Shown here in pieces: positions 19,853-29,500 of a DNA stretch of 48,364 nucleotides. The stretch is from Polyangia bacterium. GTDB taxonomy: Bacteria > Myxococcota_A > Polyangia > Palsa-1104 > JAEUJZ01. The stretch's first letter is position 1; every line of letters starts with the position of its first letter. The stretch is from assembly GCA_044228505.1 (NCBI GenBank), contig JBGAUT010000014.1:78725-127088 (forward strand). The letters run 5' to 3'. The position numbers and the translations under genes were made by a program. The notes under the pieces were generated by a model. It searched no databases. It was given only the letters and a program-made list of their open reading frames with translations, and was not told where the DNA came from.

Positions 19853-21298
19853 TTACATGTTTGCCGGCGTGTTCACATACACACCATTGGCGACGTCGAT
19901 CTTCCAGCGCTCGAGCAACACCGGATCTCGCCCGCCATCGGTCTGGAAGCGAATCGCTCCGGTCACCCCGAGCAATGTGAAAGGATCGTTGGGTTGTTGC
20001 GCCAATTTTTGAACCGTCTCGTTAAAGAGTCGCGGCGTGAGCGACAGTGAGTTCGCATTCCCATTCAAGCGTCGCAGCACTGTCACAAGCTGATCTGGGC
20101 GGCTCGCTCCCTTAAACGTCGCGGAGGCTGCACCCAGTACAAAGAGAGCGTCGTAGGTGTAGCCGACCATGAAGTCCTGCTCTAGCGGGAGTCCAGGATT
20201 GGTTGCGACAAAGCTCGACTTAAAATCTGCTCCCTCTTGGCTGTCAATGAAGCTAAGAGGTGCCACTCCGGTGATGCGGGACAGGTGATTTTTCATTCGG
20301 CTATCACCGCTGCGTGCCATCTCGATCAGCTCTCCGGTGCGTGCGCTCGATGCTGCTAGCACCTGCGTGGTGCTCTCAAAGGAGCCCGGATTCTTCGCGT
20401 CGAAGGGAAGATCGGCGAACCCGCCCACCACCTGCTGGCTGTTTGAGCCCGGAATCAACACCACGAAGCTCGGCTTGGCATCCAGCAACGTCTTGGTGGT
20501 AATGCTCAGCAGGTTGGCATCGTTGTCGCGATACGAAAAGAAGCGGTCCGTCTTGTTGTTGATCGGATCGCGGCGCTGCCACTCCGGGGTGAACTTGCGA
20601 CGAATGTTTTCGCCATAGGAATCGGTTACGGACAAAAGGCCAAGCTGCGCCGTGCTCTTGCCACCAGACAGCGTCACCAGTTCGCGGACGAGCTGTAGAC
20701 CCTGCTCTCGTTCCACGGGAGCGAGACGATAGAACAGTCCCTGACTGGCCGCATCGGCAATTCCACTGTCCATGATCGCGGGCGAAATGGTGGGAATACC
20801 TGCGGCCTTGATCCGACCAATCATGCTGGTGGCGGCTGACGCGGAATTTGGGCCGATGATCGCCAGCACGTTGCGCTGTTCGATGAGAATCTTGGTGGCG
20901 TTATCTGCGTCTACCGGTGATGTTCCGACGTTACAGACATCAAGCGCAATCGGCCGTGAGCCGTCGAGCTGAACCAGTTCATTGATCTGGCGAACTCCCA
21001 ACTTCAGTGCGATCAGTCGATGGCCTTCCATGGCGCGGCCGTTCTTGTCGCGCAGATCGAGGAGAGCTCCCATATGGACTGCGTTCGGTGAAGGACTATC
21101 GGGAATCGTAATCGTGCACAGTCGTTCTAACGGAGTGTTCGGCAGACAGAGCTGATCGGTAGAACAGAAGCCTTGCGTACCATCGGGCGACACACACTGA
21201 GTGTCGTCCGTACACTGGTTGTAATTCATGGTCAGCGTACATCCCGAGCTGGCCACGCCCACTGCAAACAGAAGCGGCAAAAGCGAATTCCTAAGCAT
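19853..21298 (-). CDS. Lipoprotein of the periplasmic-binding-protein type 1 fold (Peripla_BP_6, Liv-like), 481 aa
   Basis: Lipobox VASSGC. Contains the block VLAIIGPNSASAATSMIGRIKAAGIPTISPAIM...LLSVTDSYGENIRRKF typical of Leu/Ile/Val-binding-type PBPs. It is inserted between tssL and tssM. Confidence 0.6.
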   Translation of the reverse strand: MLRNSLLPLLFAVGVASSGCTLTMNYNQCTDDTQCVSPDGTQGFCSTDQLCLPNTPLERLCTITIPDSPSPNAVHMGALLDLRDKNGRAMEGHRLIALKLGVRQINELVQLDGSRPIALDVCNVGTSPVDADNATKILIEQRNVLAIIGPNSASAATSMIGRIKAAGIPTISPAIMDSGIADAASQGLFYRLAPVEREQGLQLVRELVTLSGGKSTAQLGLLSVTDSYGENIRRKFTPEWQRRDPINNKTDRFFSYRDNDANLLSITTKTLLDAKPSFVVLIPGSNSQQVVGGFADLPFDAKNPGSFESTTQVLAASSARTGELIEMARSGDSRMKNHLSRITGVAPLSFIDSQEGADFKSSFVATNPGLPLEQDFMVGYTYDALFVLGAASATFKGASRPDQLVTVLRRLNGNANSLSLTPRLFNETVQKLAQQPNDPFTLLGVTGAIRFQTDGGRDPVLLERWKIDVANGVYVNTPANM

Positions 21299-22386
21299 TA
21301 GTAGTTCCCTCCAATAGTCAGACCCAAACCGCCCGGAAGCGGTAAAAGTGATCCCGTCAGGGTGCGCTTGGGAGCGGTAGTCGGCTGATTGCGACGCTCT
21401 TCGGAGGTTTGTCGAATTCCCTTTTTCAAAGCGACAATCGCGAACACTCCCGCTCCCGCAAGCAAGGCCCCCCCAGCAGCATAGGAAGCCGTCGAGCCGA
21501 TTGACAACCCGGTGCCTTTGTCACGCAGGGCTCGCTTCTTCTGTTCATCGGATTCCGCAACGAACTGATTGAAGTTGTCTCCCGACTGAACGGCCAAGCC
21601 AACTCCGGTCAGGACACCGGCAAGTCCAGGAATCGCCAGCGCCAGACTCGGCCACAGATATTTCTGTCCCGGAGGAGCAGGCGTAAGCAGAGCAATTCTC
21701 TCAAATGCTCCACGACGGAGACGAGGATCGGCGGTCTCAATCGCCACAAAGCGACGATAGTACTCGAGTGCTTCCTTGCGCTTCCGAACCTGATCGAAGC
21801 CGCTGGCGATGTGATACATCAAAATTGGATCACGGCGAGTCGCAAGTACCTGCTTCATCTGGTCCATGATTTCGTTGGCAACCGCTTGATTACCGGCTCG
21901 ATAATCTCGGACATACTGAGCAATCAATTCCTCGGCATCAGCGATTTCCTCGGCAGCGAGCAGCGGTGCCGGCTCGGGAGCTTCAGCACTCACCTTGGGA
22001 CGACCACTCCCTTTCTCTTGCGAGGCATAGTACTGGTCAATGTAGGTCGTCAGATCTGCATAGATGGTCGGATCGACCTTCTGTTCATCGTGTAAGTATC
22101 GCTGGTAGTACTCTGACGCTTCCGCTGCCAGGCCGAGCTTGCGGTAGGACTGCCCAATATTGAAAAGATATTGCGGCTTTGGTTCGAGCCGATAGGCATG
22201 GGAGAATTGCTTGATGGCCCCCTCATAGCTCTTGCTCAAGAACAGGCGGGCCCCCTCTTCCTCATAGACTGCCGCGCTCTCCTCTTCACAGAGAGCCGGA
22301 TGTGCTTGCAGAAGCACTGCCGATACGAACAGTATCAGCCAGCAGAGCACACGATTCGCCACAGTTCCCCCACGAATGCCCGTCAC
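21298..22386 (-). CDS. TPR-repeat protein with an N-terminal signal peptide and a C-terminal Gly/Ala-rich TM segment (362 aa)
   Basis: N-terminal hydrophobic segment LCWLILFVSAVLLQAHPALC. TPR-like repeats (YLFNIGQSYRKLGLAAEASEYYQRYL; ALEYYRRFVAI). C-terminal hydrophobic stretch. Confidence 0.55.
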   Translation of the reverse strand: MTGIRGGTVANRVLCWLILFVSAVLLQAHPALCEEESAAVYEEEGARLFLSKSYEGAIKQFSHAYRLEPKPQYLFNIGQSYRKLGLAAEASEYYQRYLHDEQKVDPTIYADLTTYIDQYYASQEKGSGRPKVSAEAPEPAPLLAAEEIADAEELIAQYVRDYRAGNQAVANEIMDQMKQVLATRRDPILMYHIASGFDQVRKRKEALEYYRRFVAIETADPRLRRGAFERIALLTPAPPGQKYLWPSLALAIPGLAGVLTGVGLAVQSGDNFNQFVAESDEQKKRALRDKGTGLSIGSTASYAAGGALLAGAGVFAIVALKKGIRQTSEERRNQPTTAPKRTLTGSLLPLPGGLGLTIGGNY

Positions 22387-22453
22387 GAAGACAGGTGTCT
22401 GTAATTCTCGATGCTATCACTACCTAACGGTTCAACACAGTGCGATGTAAAGG

Positions 22454-23362
22454 CTAGCGCTTCCCGACATCTGCGCTACTGGCTGTTGCTGTAGTCACCT
22501 CTGATTTGATGTCAATCCGATTTTCCGTCCTGGGGGCCGGACCCGTGACGGTGGTGTCAACTTTGTGCTGAAGAATCTCGTCCAAACGATTCCCGACAGA
22601 AGTCGAGCGTCGATCCCAGATCAGGTGAGCCACCAAGATGTAGACCACCGCCACCCCAACCAGCGATAGCAGCCAGGGCCGTAGTTGGGGGAGCCAGCTT
22701 GGTGTTTGACCATCCAGTGTGTGCGAGTACGCCTGCGGATACAGCGGAGTACTATCCGGGAGCGCCGGGTTACGCTGAAACAACGTTACATAGGCCTGAT
22801 TTCGGTAGTGGGCGATCTGCGGCGCACTGGCCACGCTGCGATGCTTTCCCCGGAAGCCGAGTGACACCGCCAGCAGATACACTGCGAGCACATCGGCACG
22901 GGTCGCATCCCGAGACTGCAGGAGCTGGTCCAGGTTGTCAAAGAACCGCGTGCCGGCATCATGCGTTCCGACCAAACGTTCTTCTAAAAGATGCGTGCTC
23001 CAGTATTCTTTTCCGATCCATTCAATACTCAGAAACACTTCATCTGCCATGGCGGCCATCACGTACTGGATCTCGTGAAAGCGCTTCTGTTCTCTCGGAT
23101 CGCCACGTCGCTGAATGGTCTGCTGTTGGGACTCCATAAGCTCGACCAGGAGTGCCTGAACGATGTCCGGAGCGATCTGCGATGGTTCCTCTCCGGGGAC
23201 TTTCTCTTCGGCCAGGATGTCTGCTTCACGAATCTGGATGCTGTCTTCTTCCGGCGATGGCGTCTGCGAGCGCTCGATCTGCATCCGATGTTGGAGCACT
23301 GCCGCATAGAACTCACGGAAGTAGTCCACCAAAAATAGCTGCTCTGACGACTCACTAGCCAT
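22454..23362 (-). CDS. tssL: T6SS membrane-complex subunit TssL (DotU family), 302 aa, with a single TM and no OmpA extension
   Basis: DotU block VLAVYLLAVSLGFRGKH. TM segment WLLSLVGVAVVYILVAHLIW. It lies downstream of tssK. Confidence 0.88.
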   Translation of the reverse strand: MASESSEQLFLVDYFREFYAAVLQHRMQIERSQTPSPEEDSIQIREADILAEEKVPGEEPSQIAPDIVQALLVELMESQQQTIQRRGDPREQKRFHEIQYVMAAMADEVFLSIEWIGKEYWSTHLLEERLVGTHDAGTRFFDNLDQLLQSRDATRADVLAVYLLAVSLGFRGKHRSVASAPQIAHYRNQAYVTLFQRNPALPDSTPLYPQAYSHTLDGQTPSWLPQLRPWLLSLVGVAVVYILVAHLIWDRRSTSVGNRLDEILQHKVDTTVTGPAPRTENRIDIKSEVTTATASSADVGKR

Positions 23363-23415
23363 GGCTCACCCAAGTCGACTTGGTGCACGCAACATCAGAG
23401 AATGACAAGTCGAAC

Positions 23416-24756
23416 CTACTCTTTGTTTGCAACATAGAGATAGGCCTCTGCCGGACGAACCCCGGGCGGTTTTTCTACTGAGTTTCCGATGACCAGTGGC
23501 TCATTCGGAACAATGAACTCTGGGTTCATTTGTAACTGAAAGAGCAGCATTCCTCTGGTAGCGACCAGACCCTCCAGCTTGTCGATGGGAGTTCGAGTTG
23601 CACCTAGGAGTCGACGCTCTCGCAGCACCTTGAAGCGACTTGCGGTGCCAATCAGACTACTGGCAACCCACTCGTTGATCTGTTGGTCGGTCGCTCCGGG
23701 CGCGCCTTTGAAACCGATGACCACAGTCCGGCGAGTCCACTCGCGCTCGAACTGAAGCGCGAACAGATTGTTTTCATTGCGGAAGGGTAGCGCCGTAAAT
23801 GCCTCGGAAATTCCGTCACTGAGCGACTGATTTACGAACTGCACGACCTCTGCAAACGACCGCCGCAGATTCAGGTGATCGTACGCAGGAAAGACCGGCG
23901 GCATCAGTTGATTGCCCACGCCAGCGACACTCCCTGCCACCGCAGTCAGTGCGACGTATAGCGCATAGGGATGACTGGTTCCCGTGGCAAGCAGCGCTTC
24001 AAAGGGCGGCAGATTGAGTACCAACTGCGAAAGTAGACGACGATTCTCTTCAATGGCTGCCGGCTTGGTGGTGATGGCGGGGGAGCGAATCACCTCTAAC
24101 AGATAGGTGGCCTTGGCACGAATGAGACTACTGACCTGCGCACACAGTTCGCCCAGCGGAGAATCAACCTCAACCCGTATGAGTGGGGGAATGTATTCGG
24201 AGGGGACAAACGCGCCGTTTTTGTAGACCACTGCCATCAGTGGCAGAGCGACAAAACGGGGGGGCGGTGTTTCGGTTCCTGCGATCAAACGGAGTCGTGG
24301 CTTGAGACGAGGAATACGCAGGGGTCGACCCCCACTGACATCATCGTCGACTTCGTCTCCAGGAATCGACAGATAGCGACCGAGATCTCCGTCGCCTTTG
24401 CTACCACCGGTGCGTTCGATCGGAACGACCAGATAGACCGGAACCGGAGTGTGCTTTGCGCTCTCGGCATGGGCTTTCAAGTCCACCTGAAGCTCGGCGG
24501 CTGGACCGGTACGGAAGGCGACCACCAGACCATCGGGAAGGACCGCCTCTAACTCGGTAATCCGCAGCGTTCCAGTAAAAAGCTGCGTGGACTCATAGCG
24601 CAGTCTCGTGACACCAAACTGATAGGGAAGACCCAGACCCAAGTGATACGTAAGGAGCTTCTCTGTCCGGTGCACTAGCTGCTGGAAGTGCTGCGGAGCG
24701 AGGAGCATCCCCTCGTGCCACTGAATGGTTGGTGGAAGATCGTGCGCGCTTGGCAT
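23416..24756 (-). CDS. tssK: T6SS baseplate subunit TssK (446 aa)
   Basis: N-terminus IQWHEGMLLAPQHFQQ is the TssK signature. The order tssJ-tssK-tssL is preserved. Confidence 0.93.
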   Translation of the reverse strand: MPSAHDLPPTIQWHEGMLLAPQHFQQLVHRTEKLLTYHLGLGLPYQFGVTRLRYESTQLFTGTLRITELEAVLPDGLVVAFRTGPAAELQVDLKAHAESAKHTPVPVYLVVPIERTGGSKGDGDLGRYLSIPGDEVDDDVSGGRPLRIPRLKPRLRLIAGTETPPPRFVALPLMAVVYKNGAFVPSEYIPPLIRVEVDSPLGELCAQVSSLIRAKATYLLEVIRSPAITTKPAAIEENRRLLSQLVLNLPPFEALLATGTSHPYALYVALTAVAGSVAGVGNQLMPPVFPAYDHLNLRRSFAEVVQFVNQSLSDGISEAFTALPFRNENNLFALQFEREWTRRTVVIGFKGAPGATDQQINEWVASSLIGTASRFKVLRERRLLGATRTPIDKLEGLVATRGMLLFQLQMNPEFIVPNEPLVIGNSVEKPPGVRPAEAYLYVANKE

Positions 24757-24774
24757 TCCGATTCCTACATCCCG

Positions 24775-25242
24775 TTACTGGCTCAAGTTCACGCTCTGCT
24801 GGGCAAAGCCAATCTTGAGTGCCTGGTTGGTGTCGAAGGTGTAGCGATGTGAGCCGGGAGTCTGATAGTTCACAAACAGAATCCCTTGGCTGACGCTGCT
24901 CGATACCTTGCGGTTAATCTCTGGAACCTGTTGGCCCGGAATAAACTCGAAGTAGGTCTCCTCCAGATCCCGACGATGGTCCCGCAGAAGCTGCTCTCGC
25001 TGACCGAACCACTGCTTCGCTGTCATATCGAGCAGCTTCTTGAACAACGTGGGATTTTTGGGAAGCACCACTGAGATCAGTACTGGAGAGTTGTTGTTCG
25101 CGTCGGTGGCGATGGTCATCTGAATCCGCCATGGATGAGTCGCACAGCCAAACAGCACAGCACAGAGCAGCACGAGTACAAGACTCGGGACCGTCGTCCG
25201 TCCTGCGCTGGCCCGATAGACTCCATGACGAACCAAGTGCAA
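24775..25242 (-). CDS. tssJ: T6SS outer-membrane lipoprotein TssJ (155 aa)
   Basis: Lipobox LFGC-A. The size and the block IATDANNNSPVLISVVLPKNPTLFKKL resemble SciN/TssJ. It lies directly upstream of tssK. Confidence 0.7.
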   Translation of the reverse strand: MHLVRHGVYRASAGRTTVPSLVLVLLCAVLFGCATHPWRIQMTIATDANNNSPVLISVVLPKNPTLFKKLLDMTAKQWFGQREQLLRDHRRDLEETYFEFIPGQQVPEINRKVSSSVSQGILFVNYQTPGSHRYTFDTNQALKIGFAQQSVNLSQ

Positions 25243-25409
25243 CTACTCCCCGGTTTGAAATTATACCGTCCTTCGTGTGATGTATGGAAGCGCGAATCTA
25301 CGGTAGGAGTGCGGGATTGTTTGCGTTCAGCCGAGTCTTGGACGGCGCGCTTGCGGACAACTCGCGCCATAGCAGCGTGCGCAGACTACGTGGCTGCCGC
25401 GTGTCCGAC

Positions 25410-26561
25410 CTAGTGACCCATGTACTCGATTGAGTACCCTTCTTCAGGAAAGACTCCGGTGACTTTGAACTTCCCGTCGGCATCGCTTATGACCGAGACG
25501 TGATGACCGCCGTCGAACAGCAAGCGTGCAGACGCCCCTGAGACCGGCTTGCCGTCCTCATCCACAAACTGACCCTCGGCCAGGAAACCGGGCTTAAGGT
25601 CGACCACCTCGACGGAAAAGCCCTCTCCGGGGAGTCGGCCCGGAACTGAAAAGGTTCCGTCGGCCCCAGTTTCCACCGACACCAAATCACCGCCATCGAG
25701 CAGCAACTGAAGCACCGCACCCGCGACCGCTTTGCCCTTGTCGTCCTGAAGCTTGCCCTCGATCGCGATTCCACCAGCCGAGATAAAGACATCGAACTCT
25801 TCTTCTTCGACGAATCCCTTGACCTTAAAGGTTCCCCCCCCATCGGTGGTTGCGATCACTGCATCGCCATAGGCAGGCTCGATGGTGATCTTGGCATCTT
25901 TGATCGCTTTTCCGTCGGCGTCCTCGAGTTTACCACTGACCTCGACCGTTCCATTGAGCGTGACCGCATAGGCATCGTGTCGCCAGTAGTCGTCTAGTTT
26001 GTGATGGCCTCCGCCGTCCGGTTTCAACTCCTGAGGCGGCTTGCCTTCGGGCGGCTCGAACACCGATACGAAGCCTTTGACTGCCGGACCGTCGGAAAAC
26101 ACCAACTCCCACTCGATCGGAACCTTCGCAGAGTCGTTTTTGCTGTCTGATGTCTGGCTGCTTTCTTTTGGCGCGTCACTCTGTGGATCGTTCTGCGCAC
26201 TCCCTTTGTAGAAGAAGACCGGAAACAGAGGGGCCGGTTGGGACGGAATCAGCGTCAGTCGTCCCGCCGCGATCTGCACCGCTGTGAGGCGAATCACTTC
26301 CTCATCGCGGAGGAGGTGGGTCTGGGCCGAGACACCCGCACGGCGCAGTGCCTCACGGAGCGTCTGCATCGCCGTCCGATCGATCGAGAATCGACGGAGC
26401 AGCAGCTCCACATCTTCCGCCTTGCTGTTGCGGAGCGTCTGCTTCGCCGTCTGTTCGTCCGAAAATTGACGAAGCAGCAGCTCCACGTCTCCCGCTTTGA
26501 GGAAGGTCGGCGCAGACTCTAGCGACAGGCTATCTGTGGAGGCTTTGAGGAGCCAGCGCAT
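25410..26561 (-). CDS. Hypothetical protein (383 aa). The N-terminal region carries a duplicated ~27-aa helical unit (AxDVELLLRxFSxxxTAxQTLR). The C-terminal half has three CarboxypepD_reg-like beta-sandwich repeats (GK..D..GK...A.V.L.......T.ADG.F.V.G).
   Basis: Repeats visible in the translation. An ~80-nt imperfect tandem duplication is visible in the DNA at ~26340-26510. The stop is 1 nt from the start of the upstream gene, and the gene is co-directional with the T6SS core. Confidence 0.5.
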   Translation of the reverse strand: MRWLLKASTDSLSLESAPTFLKAGDVELLLRQFSDEQTAKQTLRNSKAEDVELLLRRFSIDRTAMQTLREALRRAGVSAQTHLLRDEEVIRLTAVQIAAGRLTLIPSQPAPLFPVFFYKGSAQNDPQSDAPKESSQTSDSKNDSAKVPIEWELVFSDGPAVKGFVSVFEPPEGKPPQELKPDGGGHHKLDDYWRHDAYAVTLNGTVEVSGKLEDADGKAIKDAKITIEPAYGDAVIATTDGGGTFKVKGFVEEEEFDVFISAGGIAIEGKLQDDKGKAVAGAVLQLLLDGGDLVSVETGADGTFSVPGRLPGEGFSVEVVDLKPGFLAEGQFVDEDGKPVSGASARLLFDGGHHVSVISDADGKFKVTGVFPEEGYSIEYMGH

Positions 26562-26562
26562 C

Positions 26563-29500
26563 TTACGGCTTCCACGCAGGCCGCTTGCTCTGCGGATCGG
26601 CCTTCTTCACCGAATCGACAATGCCCCCCGAGCCGCCACCATTGCCGGAGGCCGGGGCCTTGGCTCCCCCAGCTCCCGCCGCGGCTTGCTTTACGCCACC
26701 ACCACCACCGCCGCCACCGCCAGCACCTCCAGCCGCCGCTCCGCTCTTCCCGTCGAGGATGCCTCCATCAGTTTTCGTTGCACCTGATGCCTTGGCCTGT
26801 CCCGTTGGCACGTTGCCCCCAGGCTGGCCAGAATTCTTGGCTTCTCCCCCTGATTTGGTCCCCGAATTGACCCCTCGCTTGGACGCATCAGCGGCAGGAC
26901 TCTCCAACTTGCCATCGGCCGTTTTGCCTTCCGGAGCTTTCAATCCATCCCCGCCCTTGCCTTCTGGGGCCTTCACTCCATCCCCGCCCTTGCCTTCTGG
27001 GGCCTTCACTCCATCCCCGCCCTTGCCTTCTGGGGCCTTCACTCCATCCCCGGCTGGCATGGCTCCGTCTTTGCCTTCCGCTCCCGGCGCTCCGTCCTTT
27101 TTCCCGTCGGCTCCCGGGATCGCTCCGTCCTTGCCTTCCGCTCCCTTGGCTCCGCCCTTCGCTTCCCCGGCTCCGCCCTTCGCTTCCCCGGCTCCGCCCC
27201 TTGCATCCCCGGTGCCGTCCCTTGCATCCCCGGCTCCGCCCCTTGCATCCCCGGTGCCGTCCCTTGCATCCCCGGTGCCGTCCCTTGCATCCCCAGCTCC
27301 GTCCTTCGCGTCCCCAGCTCCGCCCTTCGCGTCCCCGGCTCCGCCCTTGCCGTCCCCGGCGTCCTTCTTTTCGTCGCCGGCCTTGGCCCCATCTTTCTTA
27401 GCATCGGCCTGCGCGCCGTCCTTTTTGGCGTCGCCGCCACCCGCCTGCTTCTCTTGCTGCTTCTTTTCCACCGCGTCAGGGTTGGTCGAGTCCACCTGCG
27501 CCTGCTTGGCGTTCTTTTCGGCCTCGCCGGCTTCCTTCTGAGCCTTGGCCGCCTGACCCGCCGCATCGGCCGCTTTCTGCTCGACCTGGGCCGCCGCTTG
27601 CTCGGCACCTGCGGAATCGCCGCTCGCGATCTTGTCGGTCGCTTTGGCGGCATCCTCGACGGCCTTGAGCGACGACTTCACCGCATCCATCGCCGTGTCA
27701 CATGCTTTGGCCGCCTGTTTGCGCGCATTTTCGTCAAAGACACCGACGGCGCTTTTGGCAGCGACCATCACCCCCTGCCCCGCGGCCATCGCCGACTTGC
27801 CGGCATTTACCGCGCTCTGGGCCAGGCTGCTGGCCGCCGAGATTCCCGTCTGCACCGAGGCCGAGGTCGTACAGCTCGCCAACTCCACCAGCTTGCTCGC
27901 ACCCGCCATCGCCGTCTTGAACTCGCTCGCCGCCGTCGCCATGGTTTGATTGGCTTCGCCGAGCAGTTTTTCCGAGGCGGACTTCACCAGCCCTGCGACC
28001 TCTTTGGGCGCATCCACCGTACTTTGAAACGCCGCCGTTGCCTGCTCGACCACTCCCCCGGCCTGACCGATCACCCCATCGACCGTTTCCTTCACCGACA
28101 GCACATGCGCCTTCATCTTTTCGAAGTGGCCGCGCATGGTTTCCCAGCTCTGTTTGCCCGTCTCGAACAGCTTCTTCGCCTTGACCACCACGTCCATCGC
28201 GCCGCTGACGTCGAGGTTCTTGGCCTTTTCGACGCCATCTTTGACGCTCTGCACCAAATCCTCGACAGACTTCTTCAGCTCGTCGATGCACTTTTGAGCA
28301 TCTTTGATGATCGCGTCGATCTCTTTCTTGATTTCGTCGACGTGCTTTTTGACCTTGTCCTTGGTTTCGTTGAAGAGCTTGACCGATGACTCGCCGACGC
28401 TTTTCCACTGATCGACGCGCTGAGTAATGGCCGTCGTCACATCGGAACCAAGCTGAGACACCGTGCCCTTGACGCTGCCCGCAAAGTTGCGCGCCGCATC
28501 GAGCGTCCGTTGCCCTGCCGAGGCGATCTTGCTCACCTCGGCCTGCACTTCCTGACCGACCGCTCCCAGCTCGCCCCACGACAGCCCCGCCAGCTTGCCC
28601 TGAAGCTCCTTGATCTTTTGCAGCTTGGTCCGGGCGTCGTCCTGCTGCGACATCGCATCGCCCACCGTCTTGTGCAGATCGTCCACGGACGGACCGGGCG
28701 TATCCATCTGATGGGCCGCCTCACTGACCTTGCCCATCGTATCGAGCGTGATCCCGCGTAGCTCGTTCGAGGTGCTCTCGATCTCCGAGACAATGCTGCG
28801 CGCCGTATCCACCGCTTGCTTGGCCGCAGCGCTCGCGGTCACCGTCACAATCGCCGAGAGCTTCTGGGCAGTGGCCTGCGTCGCGGTAGAGATCTCATTG
28901 ACCCCCGCGTCGACCGCCCCACGAATCTCGGTCGCCCCGGCCTTGGCTTGATTGACCACCCCAACGACATCTTCGCGAGTCGCCGCCACCGCTTCTTTGG
29001 CTGCCGATTGCGCCGCCTCCAAGTGCCTTTTCAAGGCGCTGGTCAGCCCATCGGCTGCAACCGACAGTCCACCAATGAGGCGCTTGATGGCATCGAAGCA
29101 CACCTCGCCTTCATGGACCGCCGCCATCGCCGCTTTCTGCGCATCCCCGGCCCGACTCGCCGCGAGCTGAAAGTCTCGCTTGGCCGCCGCTTGCGCCGCT
29201 TCACGCGCCGCCGCGATCGCCTGCTTGGCATGCTCAAACGCGGCAGGACCATTGGTGCTGAGCACGTCAAAGCAGGTGCTCACATCATTAATGACCTTTT
29301 CGACCTTGGACTTGATGTCCTCAAAGGCCGCCATCGCCATCTCGACGAGCTGACGAAGCCTCGCTTCGATGTTAGCCAGCGCCGCTTTGGCCTTGTCGAT
29401 GAGCGGTCCTACGACGCCAGCAACGGTCGACTTCACCTTGTCGATGGCGTTTACGATCGTGTCCTTATACGAAGCGATCGCGCCGGTGATCTTGCTGACC

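Noticed and set aside
26900-27400. CRISPR array considered because of regular short direct repeats
   Set aside because: The repeats are contiguous, with no spacers, and sit in-frame in a long ORF. They are coding low-complexity repeats, not CRISPR.
26585-28579. Pro/Ala/Ser-rich plus-strand ORFs (26585..27541, 27454..28389) and Arg/Gly-rich minus-frame ORFs inside the giant A/K-rich gene
   Set aside because: They are products of the tandem repeats read in alternative frames. The 1113-codon minus-strand frame is uninterrupted and includes 700 non-repetitive residues.
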